Assembly: GCF_018350175.1 (NCBI RefSeq)
Contig: NC_058368.1
Span: forward strand, 163,868,001-163,932,000
Length of the DNA stretch: 64,000 nucleotides
From: Felis catus
Taxonomy: Eukaryota
Reading direction: 5' to 3'
In this document: positions 39,601 through 54,641 of the stretch, piece after piece
Layout of the letters: each line of letters opens with the position of its first letter
Position numbering within the stretch: the stretch's first letter is position 1
The notes under the pieces: model-generated
The model's database searches: none
What the model was told of the DNA's origin: nothing
Seen by the model: the letters and a program-made list of their open reading frames with translations, nothing else
Program-made: the position numbers and the translations under genes

Positions 39601-39966
39601 AATAAGCTAACAAAGAGTTACATTGTCTTAGGAGTTTGTTGTAAATAGGTCCATAAGTAATTCTGAGAAATACGTGGGAGAGAATGGGCAACATAATTTT
39701 TACGAAGTTCAGAAATCTGGATTTGAATTAAAGTCACAATTTATTAGTGCTAATGTTAGATTTACTGAACAAGGAGAACATACATACTGGCTTCATGGTG
39801 TAAAACAAAACATAGCATTTTATGTAATCATCATAATGATAATCATAGAATATTATGATTTATCATATAGACTATTATGACTTACCATAATAAAATAAAA
39901 AAAGGTTTGTTATTCATGAGGATGTACAAAATGGCTGGGACTAAAGAAAAAGATCAATATCTTTTC

Positions 39967-41549
39967 TTTTCTGCATTGAGTTTATTTTCACAAAAAGAAC
40001 TCTTTTTCACTTCTCTCTTGACTGGTGAGACTTTTTGAAGATGTAGGCTTTAGGCGACGTTATCCCTGTCTCCTGGAAATACACCTTCTCTGCCTCTACA
40101 GCCATGAAAACTTGAGGTCCACACTGATAACATACACATTTTCTCTCTTCATCCTCAATAGTGTCTTCCAGAGCACACAGAATTCCTACTTGCTTACCAC
40201 TCATGGCTACATTCACATTGAACACCTCACTACAGAACAGAACAGATGATGGTCAGACCAAAGCAGCCCCTGAAGTTTGAGCTTGTGTACATCATTAGGG
40301 CATCTTATTTGGAGTTCCAAATCCTCCCAACTGGCAGTAGAGTACTCGAACTTGTTTCATAAACACAACAAAACCCAGCAAAAACGCAAAATAACGCTTA
40401 GCAGCAAAGCCGTTGGATAAATGGCATTTTAAATTGTTTTTAGCTCCACGGATAGAGAGGACTTCAGCCCACTGCTATCTGAAAGCTGTATAAATATTTA
40501 TAAAGTACTCTACTGAGGTGTTCAAAACATCACACTGCTCCAATAGACTACAATTTCAGACTGGAGTAAAGTGGACAGGATAAAAAATTTAAAAAAAAAA
40601 TGGAAAAAATAAACCAGACTACATCATTTATCCACTTACGCCGTTCTAAAATAGATATGAGTACTAGTTTCAATTTCTACTTCTGGGTGGAACATTTACC
40701 TTAGTAAAAATGAAACCACCTCACAAATTAAGTGTTTAGAATGTTCTTAATCCATCAGAGGTGAGACAGGGAGTTGGTCTGGTATAGTTTCCACGAGCCA
40801 AGGACTGGAAAGCCGGAACTTTTTTTTGTTCCTCATGCTAGATTTTGTCTATCTCTTCTCAGACTAGTTAGAATGAAAAAAAGTCTCCATTAGCAGAAAG
40901 TCTGCTTTTTTAACTTAAAATGTTTTAAAATTCCACACCTGCCCCCGCTATTCTGTACAACATCATTATAATGGGAATTGTGAAGGGAGAAATGTCCATT
41001 TATGGCTTGTATGCTTAGCCAGAAAAGGGAAACATAGTATTCTTGAAGGAATAAAGTTAAAAGTGCTACTTCTACCAAGGAGTACAATTATATGTAGATA
41101 CCCTTAAGTGAAAATAGAATGAGGAATTTGCCTGCTAGCCCAGTTAACATGTTCAAATGTTTATTTTATAGTTGAGAAAATATTTTTCCAAACAATAAAA
41201 GAATTCATATTCCTGATTACCCATTTTCCTATGCCATCTTTATTACCTGAATAACTTTCCTTTTGACCATTCTACTTCGGGCAAATAAAATGAATCATCT
41301 GAAAATCCATTGTAGATGATAACAAACCGCACTTGCTTTTATTGAAACTGTTTTGAATTCTACCTGAGTGTCCTGGAAGAAAAAGGACAAGGCGTGGTGT
41401 AGGGGAAAAAAAAATTTTTTTTCTGCATTGAGTGTATTTTCACAAAAAGAACTCCTTTTCATTTCTCTCTTGACTGGTGAGACTTTTTGAAGATGTAGGC
41501 TTTAGGCGACGTTATCCCTGTCTCCTGGAAATACACCCTCTCTGCCTCT
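39967..41549 (+). repeat. Dispersed direct duplication: 39967-40097 and 41419-41549 (131 bp each)
   Basis: Aligned by eye: offset 1452 bp, 4 substitutions, no indels. Confidence 0.95.
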
Positions 41550-42348
41550 CATCCACCCCTGTGGTGTCAAAGCTCCCAAGCATTTGAACCCCTTATGGAG
41601 CAGCCTCTACCTGCACTGAAGTCAAATTCTCTCACCCTCTTTTTCCACCCATTTGCAAGTACTTCTGGTTTGCCTCAAGACCTACCTCTTTTACATTTGT
41701 AGACAGATAAACCTAATTTGCACTTTGGAATACTTTGTCCTAGATATTTTTCTACTAGAGAGAAATAGGCCTTTAAAGTGCAACTTCTATCACTCCTACC
41801 TATTCAGCAATATGTGAACATGAATACATATATATTTATATATATGTACATATATGTATGTTCATATATATATATTCATATTCAGAATCTAATAGTTGGT
41901 TCTCATCCCTAATAAAATTTGCATTGGGGAGATTTTATTCTAAATAATTGATGGATTTGCTTTATAGAACATTTTCACCTGCTATTTTGCAGTATACGCA
42001 TTAGCAAGTTTTAGAACCAACAACAAACACCTCACGGTCTTACCCTCTGTTGTTCCATTCTTTTCTGTCTTCATTCAAATCTCCAACTTGTTCTTTGAAA
42101 GAGTTACTTAAATCATTTTTCCAACTAAATGAAACATGTAGGCTTCTAATTCTTCTAGCCCTTCCAAGAACAGTAAAACAGTGAAAAATACAAAATGCAA
42201 AGACTAGTAATATGAGACGAGTAATAATAGATATTAGACTAGACAAATAACTTCATATCTGAAGATAAAAAATTGACTATATATATGTATGTGTATATAA
42301 ATATACATATGACCTAAAATAAAAACTGTGTTCCAAATATGGCTACTT

Positions 42349-42568
42349 AAAAACATTTTTTTAATATTTATTGAGAGAGAGAGAGCACGCGCATGTGCAT
42401 GAGTGGGGGAGGGGCAGAGAGAGGGGGACACCGAATCCGAAGCAGGCTTCAGGCTCTGAGCTGTTAGCATACAGCCTGACACGGGGCTCGAACTCACGGA
42501 TCCGAACCACAGACTGTGACATCGTGACCTGACCGAAGTTGGATGCTTAACTGAGCCACCAGGCACTG
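42349..42568 (-). mobile_element. Felid SINE
   Basis: TSD ccaaatatggctactt at 42333-42348 and 42569-42584. Confidence 0.95.
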
Positions 42569-42798
42569 CCAAATATGGCTACTTTTAAAAGGGCTTTTAT
42601 ACTTGTTGTTTACACATCATTAAACAAGAGAGGATGACTGAAATTGGGCTTTTTTCAGTTTCAGAAGACATTTATCAAAACATTAAAAAATACGTAACAC
42701 AAAACAGAAAATAGATAAATATTTTAATGTATTGTTACCTTCATTTCCATTAGAATACATTCATGGTACTTGAAACTTACCATTTCTTTGCTATTCTT

Positions 42799-44682
42799 TT
42801 TATTTACATATAACTATTCACCTCTTAGAGGTAAGCAATGTTAAAAATGATTATTAATAATAATTTATACTTAATGATTTTCCCTGGGTATAGGATTAAT
42901 TATCTGAAACTGAATTCATAACTACATTTTGTTGATATTTTGTATTTTATTTTACTATCTGAACATGGAAACCTAGAACTCTGCGATGTAATCTTAGATT
43001 CTCTAAGTACATTTGGAGTAAAACTGAACCCCAAGTCATCATACTTAATAATAATCAAGGCACATAATTTTCTACTTACTTATGAAGTTTAAATTTTATT
43101 ATGTATCTAAATGTCCAATGTAAGTCAATTTTGTCTACAGTCCTGATACCAATCAGCTTTCTTCAATTACTAAGAAAATCATTGTTCATCAGGAAAGTTT
43201 TATCTAAGAAAATGATCATATTTAAGTTAAATGATTTTAGTATCTAAAATTGTAATTAACAATATTTGGTAAATTAAATTTGTTCTTATCATCCCTTATT
43301 ATAATTTATTCTACCTATATTTTTAGTAGTAGTTTCTACTTCCTATTAGAGGGAGAGTCTTTCAGTGGGCTATCCAGTACAGACCGTTAAAATTAAGTTA
43401 TTTAACTGTAATTACAATTAATTGTACTAACAATAGTAAGTTGTAATTGTGTAACTTTCATTGATTAATTAGTTGATTCACCTTTAATTGATTAGTTAAA
43501 TTCATCTTTCAGGATTTCTTTTCCTTATCTATAAAAGAATGTCACTGAACTACATATATTATCCTTAAGATCTCTTCCAGTTCTAACATAATAAACAAAT
43601 TATATAAGTTTATACATTTATAGACTTAATTTCAAAATAGTCTTAAAATATGACAGTTCTATGTTACAAAATTGTGAATTACTATTTTCCTCTGATTCAG
43701 TTCTAAAATACACTTATTTTATAAAGGCTTCTTAGAATACGCTGAAAGAGGGCTAAAATCAAAATGTTGCATTTGAGTTTACTATTAGTAATGATTACAT
43801 AATTTTTTGCTAATGCAGATATATCCCTTATCACAAAATGACATAAAGCCAGTGTTTTTATTGAATACGTAAATCTGGGAAATATTTAGCATCTGATTTT
43901 TGAGGTGAATTCCTTTCAAATACATTTAATTTCAGTGAAAAAGCAGAGAATTCTGATTTGTCTTAAGAACAACTTTGAGTATAAAAGATAGATTAATTGA
44001 TTTTAGGTTTCAGGGGGAAGTCGCATACACAGTGGTACCCTCTCACTTAAGGTCTCCTTCCATGAAGGCACAATATTCTGATCACTGCAGTTGTTAAGGT
44101 AGAAAATTCTTAACACTGATCAAAGCAGACTAGTAGCAACACTATAATAGCACCACTGCTAGAACAAAGGAGCCAGAACAAAAATGGAATACAATGGGAA
44201 GTGAGCAAAAATCAGCTACTGACAACTGAAAGAATCTTTGTAGTAATAAAAAGACTGAAAATGAAGCTTAAAATTCATTAAAATTATTTTGTCTCATTTC
44301 TCAACAATAGAAATATAGTGATTGGTCTAATGCTTAAAAGAGGCACTGGAATTCAGGTTTGTTTACATTTTTAAAACATATATCTTTACAACATGATTTT
44401 TTTTTTTTATTAGAAATAGGTTTAGTGAGACAGAACTGTGAAGCACAATCAAAAAAATGTTTGGAGAAGGCTAACTCAGATTTAAAAAAATCTGAGGCAG
44501 TGTTGTATTTTATAAAAATACAAATTCTATGGTTAAGATGGAAGTACATGTTGAAAATATTTCTGAATCCTAGTATGGTATTTTGTGTTGTGACATTCTA
44601 AAAAGCACCAGATATTTCTATTCTCACTTGAGGAATAAGTGGTATTAGAAGTCAATTAATATTCAAAGTCTAGTTATTTGAT
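42799..44682 (-). other. NUDT12: NUDT12 3' UTR (end uncertain); candidate AATAAA signals at 43857-43862 and 42799-42804, among others
   Basis: AT-rich, largely repeat-free sequence after the stop codon; several tttatt hexamers on the plus strand. Confidence 0.5.
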
Positions 44683-44793
<111 letters not shown>

Positions 44794-45740
44794 CTAAAAT
44801 ATACCATAATAAAATGTATTAGGATTTCAACACTGTCACACTTAAATACTATTCTTATGCTTATACAATCCAATTAAACATGATGATTTTTACAGTGAAT
44901 AACAACAGGAGAAAGTGACAACACCCAAGTTCAACATGCAAAATTTAGTACAGTAATTTTAGTAGATTCAATGAGTTAGTGATTCAATTTAACAAAATAT
45001 TCCAGAAAGACATATTCTCTTATGAAAGTAAGGTCACAAAAAAGAAAAGTATATGCTCCACATTTATTTTCAATGTGAAGTCACTTTTGGAATGGGTTCC
45101 CTTTTATAAAATTTTGAAAAAAAAATCTGATTTCTACTTTTTGAGGTTGAGCATAAAATAAAATTAATTTTGTTTAGGCAAAATCAGAAAAGATTTCAGG
45201 TCTTCACTACTAATAGTGTATCCATTTTTTTTTCTACACAAATACATTAGGTCATGCAAAACACAGATAAGTAGTTTATCTTGCCTTCTAGTACTGGAGG
45301 ATAATGTTTTAAAAAGTTCTTGTGAGTGTATCTTTGTTATATAGTTTTTTTATTCTTGTCCTTAAGCATATTTTAAAATGAACAAGAACTTTTCAAAAAT
45401 TTTAAGCATTTGTATTGATATTTTTTGAGAGCTACTTGTTTTAATGCTGTAAACTAAAATATAAAAACGTTAAGAATAATATTCCTATTTTTCATCTTTG
45501 AAATAATGTTTACCTATTTTAAGTCCATTGAAAGTTATCATTAATCTGAAGGATTAGCATTTGAAATCAGAAAAAGGCACAGAATCATCAACTAGGAGAC
45601 TCCCACAGAATGAGTTAACATAGGACACATCAATTACATTGTAATCCATGCATGATGAGTGGGCCATAGCCATTCATTCAAGTTGTTGAAAACATATATC
45701 CTTGCTGCATGCCCAAACTGATACAGTCAGAGAACAATCA

Positions 45741-45974
<234 letters not shown>

Positions 45975-46351
45975 TCAAATAGGGCAAAAGAACAAGTAGC
46001 TGATGAACATCTCCTAGACATTTTGTGCTCTGAATGGTTCAAACATTTGGAAATCACTTTGGACAGAAACCCAATTCAAAGAATCAGAATGCAGAGCCTA
46101 AAACTAGACTGGAATTCAAGAAAACATGATTTCTTTTAGTATATGACCACATGAATAATCCAGATTCCATAACACCTTTCTAAAGGGTCCAAATTTTTAG
46201 TTACACTGTAACAATTGTACATCTACAACTATCCAGCACTGATATTGGCTAAACATTATGCAAGCATTTTATATATTATCTCATTTATTTATTATCACTA
46301 AATAGTTACAAATTATTATTACAAGATTTTTATAAAAGGCTAAAATTTCTT

Positions 46352-46580
46352 GGGGCGCCTGGGTGGCGCAGTCGGTTAAGCATCCGACTTCAGCCAGGTC
46401 ACCATCTCGCAGTCCGTGAGTTCGAGCCCCGCGTCAGGCTCTGGGCTGATGGCTCGGAGCCTGGAGCCTGTTTCCGATTCTGTGTCTCCCTCTCTCTCTG
46501 CCCCTCCCCCGTTCATGCTCTGTCTCTCTCTGTCCCAAAAATAAATAAACGTTGAAAAAAAAAATTAAAAAAAAATAAAA
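46352..46580 (+). mobile_element. Young felid SINE (SINEC_Fc) in a NUDT12 intron
   Basis: Near-consensus and CpG-rich; 18-bp TSD aaaaggctaaaatttctt at 46334-46351 and 46581-46598. Confidence 0.97.
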
Positions 46581-46909
46581 AAAAGGCTAAAATTTCTTAT
46601 GTAAGAAATTTCTTTTCTTATGTTGTCAAAAAATCATTGCAGATAACTTTTCTCAAAAGAGTTGAAGACCACATAAAACTACAATTCTAAAAACCACAGA
46701 AAATGAAAGTATTTTTTCTTTCTAAATGTTTTTGTTCTTCTAGAGGACTGTTGACTCAGCTATGTTAAATAATGCCTATAAATATACTTTATATTTCTGA
46801 TTTGTTGGAATTGAGAAGTAGAATAAAGGTTTCTAAGTTAAGTTTATCTGAAAGTTTAAAAATATTTTGCTATTTAAATGTAGCTTTTTATTTGAAATAG
46901 ATTTATATA

Positions 46910-47127
46910 AGGGCATCTGGGTAGTGCAGTTGGTTAAATGTCAGACTTTGGCTCAGGCCATGATCTCACGGTTTGTGAGCTGGAGCCCCACATTGGGCTC
47001 TGTGCTGACAGCTCAGAGCCTGGAGCCTGCCTGAGATTCTGTGTCTCCCTGTCTCTCTGCCCCTGCCCTGCGTGTGCTCTGTCTCACTCTGTCTCTCAAA
47101 AATAAAAATCAAAAACATTAAAAAAAT
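46910..47127 (+). mobile_element. Felid SINE
   Basis: SINEC body; flanked by ttgaaatagat repeats. Confidence 0.93.
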
Positions 47128-47149
47128 TGAAATAGATGAATATATATTT

Positions 47150-48420
47150 TCTATATTAAAATTAACAACTTATGTTCACCAAAAAATATAGTGGAAAGGT
47201 AAGTCATAGACTAGCATTAAGATATTTGCAAGACCATAGCTATAGATTAGCATACTGTAAAACTCGTAAAATAGAAAAAAAAGTAAACCAAAACAAAATT
47301 AGACAAAGAATATAAACATGCAAAATTCAGAGAAAATGAAAATTGGATGGCTAAAACACATTTGAAAAAGATGCTCCATCAGCACAGTAATGAAAACTAC
47401 AGTGACATTATTTCATACCCATCAGAATGGCAAATTATAAAGTATGAAAATCCTAACTTAGTGAAGATGTGGAATAACAGAACATTTCATATGCTGTTAG
47501 AAAGTGTAAATTGGTAGGGACACTTCAGAAAACAACTTGGCAACATCTACAAAAGGTTAGGATTCTCATATACTATGAGTTAGCAATTCTATTCTCAAGT
47601 TTAAACCCTTCATGACTCTTGCAAATGTGCACAAGTAGTAACATAAGAATATTCTTGGGGGTGTTTACAATAGCAGAAACTCTGATATAAACTAAACATC
47701 CAACAGCATAATGGGTAAGTTGAATAATATTTATAAATAAAATGGTACACAGCAGTTAAAAAAACAGTCTAGAGTTATTAGAGACAGCAGAGTGATTAAC
47801 AGCATGGACTCAGCCAAAATGTCCAGGTTTGTATCTCTGCCCTACCCACTCACTAGCTATTTGATCTTGGGCAAGTTATCCAGCTCCTGTACCTTAGTGC
47901 CCCATCTGTAAAACTGCTGTAATAGTACCTATTTTATAAAGCTGTATGAGGATCATATGATTCAATATATGCAAAGCCTTCGAAACAGAGTGGCACAATG
48001 TATGTTTACTATTATTACTAGTGCAGGTTAATACTGGAAGTTAAGATTAAACATGTATATTAATTATCATTTACTCCACAAATTATTTATTGAACTCTTA
48101 GTATATATAATATATATAAGGCACTGTTCTATGGGTTTGGGCTACAACTATGAATGAAGTAAGGTCCTAGCCCTTATGGAACTTACTTTCTGGTGTGGGT
48201 AGATAATAAATAAGTAGATAGATAAACAGCTACAAACATACATAAGATAATACATACATACATACCATGTCAGGTGGTGATGAGTGCTGTAGGGAAAAGT
48301 CAGGCAGGATGACAGAATTGTGAATGTAGGGTACGAAGCTAACTAATGTATTTGGGGCTACCTGAGAAGGCCTCTTTGAAAAGGTGACACAGTTGAGTCC
48401 AGTGAGGTGTAAGTGATACA
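47150..48420. mobile_element. Old L1M fragment (+), then MIR (+, ~47790-48020) and L2 3' end (-, ~48070-48420)
   Basis: L1 ORF2/3' text (tttcatacccatcagaatggcaaa, aaagtgtaaattggta), MIR core, and antisense L2 tail (tatttattgaactcttag...ggcactgttct). Confidence 0.65.
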
Positions 48421-48621
48421 GATACCTTGTGTAATAGCAATATATTAAAGAAGAAATGTTGAATTATCAAAACCAAATTATTCTAGTAAAAACAAAATTA
48501 TACCACTTAAAATACACAGAAAAATAATTTAAAAAGATCCCAATTTCATAGCATGAGCATTTGTCAAATGCTATCTAAAATTTTTATTTGTGAATTATAA
48601 GTTAAAGGAAAATTAAAGTTA

Positions 48622-48759
<138 letters not shown>

Positions 48760-49783
48760 TTAAAAATAAGATGAATGAATGATAGAAAAAAATAATTTAG
48801 ACTCATTGTGTAAAATCACTGTCGAATACTATAATAAGTTGTATCTCCTAGAACAAGACTCTTGTCTAGTTATGTGATTGTTTCTTTCTGCCTGATGACA
48901 AAGTATTTCAGGGAAATTGCACAGAATATTATAAACTAAAGGAAGACCATTTCTGTCTTCTAAATAGCAACAATTATTATATACTTATGGTATGCTAGGC
49001 ATATTGTTATTTTTCAATTATAAAAAAGTTACAGAAGATATTACATGGCATAAAGAAAATACAAATTTTACTATGTAAATGTGAATTTCCCTCTCCCTTC
49101 CATCCTAATCCTGAACAAAATGTTTTTAAAAGCTAATGTGGCTCTATGATTAAATTTTAAGCCATTAAAAAAATAAAATTTAAATTAAGTAACAGTTTAT
49201 TTCCCAGAAGTCACTAATCCACTAGGTCATGACTGAGAACAGGAATCAAATGTAAAATGCTCCTGAGCAGTGAAAACAGGGTTCACCAAGTCATGCACTT
49301 TACTACCAGGAGACCTGCTCAGATATTGCTCAGACTATCTATTTTTTTTTTCACAAGTTTTAAAGGACTAGGTTCTCAGATTTCCAAACCTACAGGAGAC
49401 TCCAAAGCAGCAATTAGAAGGAGGAGAGCAGGAGGCAGACACCAGCAGTGATGAAAAGCTAGTTTTACTGCTTTGGTGATGCCTCAAACAGGCACTGAAA
49501 TGTTGGGGCTTTTTTTGTTTGTTTGTTTCTGAACTACATGGATCCAGATTGGTGAACTTTTGAAATCACCTATTTTAATACATCAAATTCGTATTGATTA
49601 GCCATTTCTTAACTATGAGTTAATTATATACAATGTCCCTTACTTAAAAGTCATGAAAGTATACATACTTGTAGTCTTAAGAGTTAAACATACTTTTAAT
49701 AAAAAGGTAAACCCCTGAACAACTCAAAATCTTGTCTTCAGAGAATGTCTTATTCCCTAAGATTCCAGATGGCTGAGATTTCA

Positions 49784-50086
<303 letters not shown>

Positions 50087-51371
50087 TCAAGGATGTTAGT
50101 ATTCCTATTTTTATGATGTGTATATTTCTTTCAAAGTAAAAGATTTAATCCAACAGATGACAAATGAAAATTAGATTTAACTTTAATATGAACTAATAAA
50201 TACAATTCTCATATAACACAGATGTACTAACATCTATCTTATATACTATATTACCTCAGGCTTTTACTATAGATGATTTTTAAATTTTGGATATACAAGA
50301 TTCTAGTGTATAGTGATTTTATAAAAATTGACTTTATAATAGTGACTTTTACAAAAATATATTACAAAGCCAGTTCCTAATTTAGACTTGGACTATATAA
50401 AAAAAAATATTAGTAGGAAACTGTAGGAACTTCTCTTTTCCTGGGTGATTAAACTACTGCTCCTTGTCACTGTGAAACATATCCTGTTTACAACTGGAAA
50501 CTTAATGGAATGTTAAAAAAATACTGTATTTATAACATTCATGGTTAACTTTGTTCATGAAAAAAAATGCCTACAAGAAAAAAATCTTAGCATATATATA
50601 CTTTGGCTAGATACCCTGGTATTTCAAAAAAGAATATGGCCTGACCAGAAATATTACAACAGAAGCAATAAAACTGGAAATGCTACATTTGCATTTGCCT
50701 GACAAACTTGCTCTCCCTAAAATACATTATTTGGTCTAAGGATTTTTGAAATAAGCAAAATAACCATAAATAACAATATTTTAAACTGGGAAACAAAAAC
50801 TAATAAACCATACATAAAAATAAATGTAATACTGAAATTCAATGAACCACAGGCAACATTAAATATTTGTCTACTACATTACCTTGTAGTAATTTATGCT
50901 AAATATCTACATTATTTCAATATTGTTTCAATAAGACAAGCTAATATTTATTGAGTACATACTATATGTCAGGCATCATGCAAAGATGTTTGTATACATG
51001 ATTTTATGTATGTATGTATGTATGTATGTATATATTTATGAATGAATGAATGAAGAAAACAGGTATATTTTTATTGGACTACCTGAAACAGAGGATAGTG
51101 AATGACAAATAATACAAATATATTTTATGTGAAATAAAAAGCAGCTCAATGGGTTACATCATCTTATTTAATGGTTAGAGCAATGATATAGGTACTATTA
51201 TTATCTTTTCCTGAAGGAGGAAAATGAAGCATGGAGAGGTTACATTAACTATGTAAGTTTACACACTAAATGAATGAAAGGTCCTCAGTTTCCTAACTAT
51301 TAAAAAAAGAGAGAGGGAGAGAGATCATTCTGATATTAAACTTATATTGCTACAAAGAAATTTTCTTTAAA

Positions 51372-51750
51372 AAGTGCAGGGTTGGGTAGGTCAGTCAGTT
51401 AGGTGTCTGCCTCTTGGTTTCAGCTCAGGTCATATCTCATGGTTGGTGAGTTCAAGCCTTGCATTGGGTTCTGTGTTTACAGGACAGAGCACAGCTGGGG
51501 ATTCTCTCTCTCTCCCCTTCTCTCTGCCCCCCCCCCCCCCCCCCCCGCCAAATAAATAAACTTAAAAAAAAGTGCAACTTTGGGGCTCCTGGGTGATTCG
51601 GTCGGTTAGTTGTCTAACCCTTGATTTCAGATCAGGTCATGATCTCACGGTTGTGAGATCAAGCCCTGCATTGGTCTTCATGCTGGGCTTGGAGCCTGCT
51701 TAAGATTCTCCCTCCTACTCTGCTTCCCGAGTGTGCGCATGTGCTATTAT
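51372..51750 (+). mobile_element. Two tandem carnivore SINEs (~51372-51570 and ~51582-51750)
   Basis: Two SINEC heads and bodies in the same orientation. Confidence 0.88.
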
Positions 51751-51849
51751 AAAAAATTACATGTTCTCCACAGATGTGAAGAATAAAACATATCAATCCA
51801 GACATTGGGAGGAGGCATCTAAGCAGCCTCTGGAAGGGCCTACCACACA

Positions 51850-53045
51850 TTTAAGGGAAGGTGGACACTGAGAGTGACCTCTTCGTTACCTCCCATTAAC
51901 TTTTCAATCAACCATAACTTAGCTTATATTCCTTCCACTCCACTGATATTCCACTTGTTAAATTCATCAACAGCTTCATATTCTAAAACCAAAGATCCTT
52001 TAAAAAAATCTTTTTCTATCTTACTCAAATTCTCAACAGCATTTGGTATATTTGACCACTCCCTTGAAATACTCTGCCATCTTGGTTTCCATGAGCATTC
52101 TCCTGTTTTCCTCTTAGGTTGTAGCCACACTGTCAACAATACCTTTGATGGCTCCTCTGTTTCTACCTGACTTCAAAATTCAGGGGGATTTACATGTGAT
52201 TCTAAGGCTTTTTCTTGCTTGCTCTCAATTCTCTAAGTAATCTCAGTAGTTCCCTGAGATTTAAATATCACTTTCATGTTGATGACTCCCATATGGGTAT
52301 TTCTAGTTTAGACCTCTCCTCTGTGTTCCAGATTCTAATATCTTTCTCTAAGACTAAATATGCCCAAAACTAAAATCTTATTTCTTTCAAGTCTGTCTTG
52401 CTTCCTTTGCTCAACTTGTCACCCTATGCCATTTTATCAAGAAATATCACTACCTACCAAATTACTAAAGTCTCAAACCTAGCAATTATTCATGATTTTT
52501 TTTCTTCATCGTTATATATCCCAAACCCAATCCATCAACAAGTGCTGATGATTGTCTCTCTAAAATATATCTTGAACATGCCCCCTTTTCTCCACCTCTG
52601 TCACCTTCATTCAGGCTGTAGTCCAGGTTACTATCCCCTCTCACAGTAGTCTCAACCTACTGATCAAGCCCTATCAATTTTACCTCCAGAACATCTCAAA
52701 CTCTCCCTTTCTCTCCATCAACCCAATCCATTGTAATCTCTTAGCTAGGCTACTGTAACCTTCAATCCCCTCTAATAAGACTTCTGACTTCACAATTAAT
52801 TACCTACAATTCATGATCTACAAAGCAGGCAGAGTGAGGGGTTTTGTTTTTTGTTTCTTTTTAAAACATAGGTCAGATTACAACATTTAAATGAACTTTA
52901 GAATAAAACTCCTAATTTCTTACCATGGCATATAAGATCCCACCTGAACTAGCATACCCAGCAACAGCAAACAAAATAGTCAAGGTCTTTGCCATCAGGC
53001 TCAGTGTATAGCAGGTGCTTAATATTATTCAGTGAAGAATCAAAT
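51850..53045 (+). mobile_element. L2 remnant
   Basis: L2 ORF2/3' text (agcagcatttggtatatttgaccactccc, aaagcaggcagagtga, ttcttaccatggcatataag, gcaggtgcttaatatt). Confidence 0.75.
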
Positions 53046-53279
53046 AAAACCAGCATGCAGTAGGATTAATTCTAGGGAAACTAATCTTGGCTGATTAGAA
53101 CTGCTGTAACTGCTCAGGAGAGTAGTCCCCTAGAGTGAGAACTTCAGGAAATTTCTAAGGAAGATAGCCTAACTTCATGGCTTGATGAAAAAAGTGTGCC
53201 TCCTAGAAAATGCAGATACATATAATTCCAACCCAGTTCCCAAAACCAGATTATTAGCAATACAAGTAAACCGTATTCA

Positions 53280-53924
<645 letters not shown>

Positions 53925-54435
53925 TTATTAAAGTAAAATATTTCCAGATGCACATAATAGCCCTCTAATCATTATTACATAAGTTTTTTTTTTTTTGTAC
54001 ATGATGTACTAATGGGAAGGTTAAAAGACATAATCATAAATGATGAAAAGTTAGAGATAGCAAGATATTTAAAATTTTTGGAGAACTGTAAAATAAAAAA
54101 CAGTAAGTTTTCTGTGCTATAGGAAGAAATTACAATTTTACAAGGGGTTCTTGATAGCCATAGTGGGTAGATCTACATTTTCTACCTGGGAGAAAAAGAT
54201 TAGACTAACTCATAAATTTGCTTTGTTATTAAGTATGAAGGGTTCCTTTCTCAATAGAAGAAGTTAAAAGTTTTTAGTTAGGTATTTTTCTATGTTTTTA
54301 TATAATAAAACTGGTCAACAAGTTATTTAGAAGTCTAGTGGTATAAATATGGCTACATGAAAAATTTAAAAGGAAATATGTAACCCAGAAATGAAACCAG
54401 AGAGCCCTTCAAGTAGTAGTGCCTAAAATGTTTAC

Positions 54436-54641
54436 CCTTTGTCAAGTAGAAATTGGACAACATCTGGGTGCCCATTCCTTGCGGCATACATTAAAGCAGT
54501 CCAGCCATTTTCAGAAGTTTCGTTGAGAAGAGATGGAGAATGACTGAGGATTACTGTTAACCTGGCAATATCTCCTTCTGCAGCTGAACAGTGAAACTGG
54601 GAAATTATTTCTTGCTTTGGGCTTCTTTTTATAGAAGACAT
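54436..54641 (-). CDS. NUDT12: NUDT12 first coding exon (206 coding nt; exon begins at 54647): MSSIKRSPKQEI..., ankyrin repeats
   Basis: ttttaAG|gaagaaATG; ankyrin motif GWTALMYAARNGH; donor AAGG|gtaaac. Coding exons sum to 206+587+168+114+200+111=1386 nt. Confidence 0.97.

Noticed and set aside
40640..40760. Minus-strand donor-like sites (GGC|gtaagt at 40639, AAG|gtaaat near 40699) and one TAATCC, as an upstream PDZPH1 exon
   Set aside because: No supporting exon body can be defined from sequence alone; cannot be excluded as a non-coding 5' exon.
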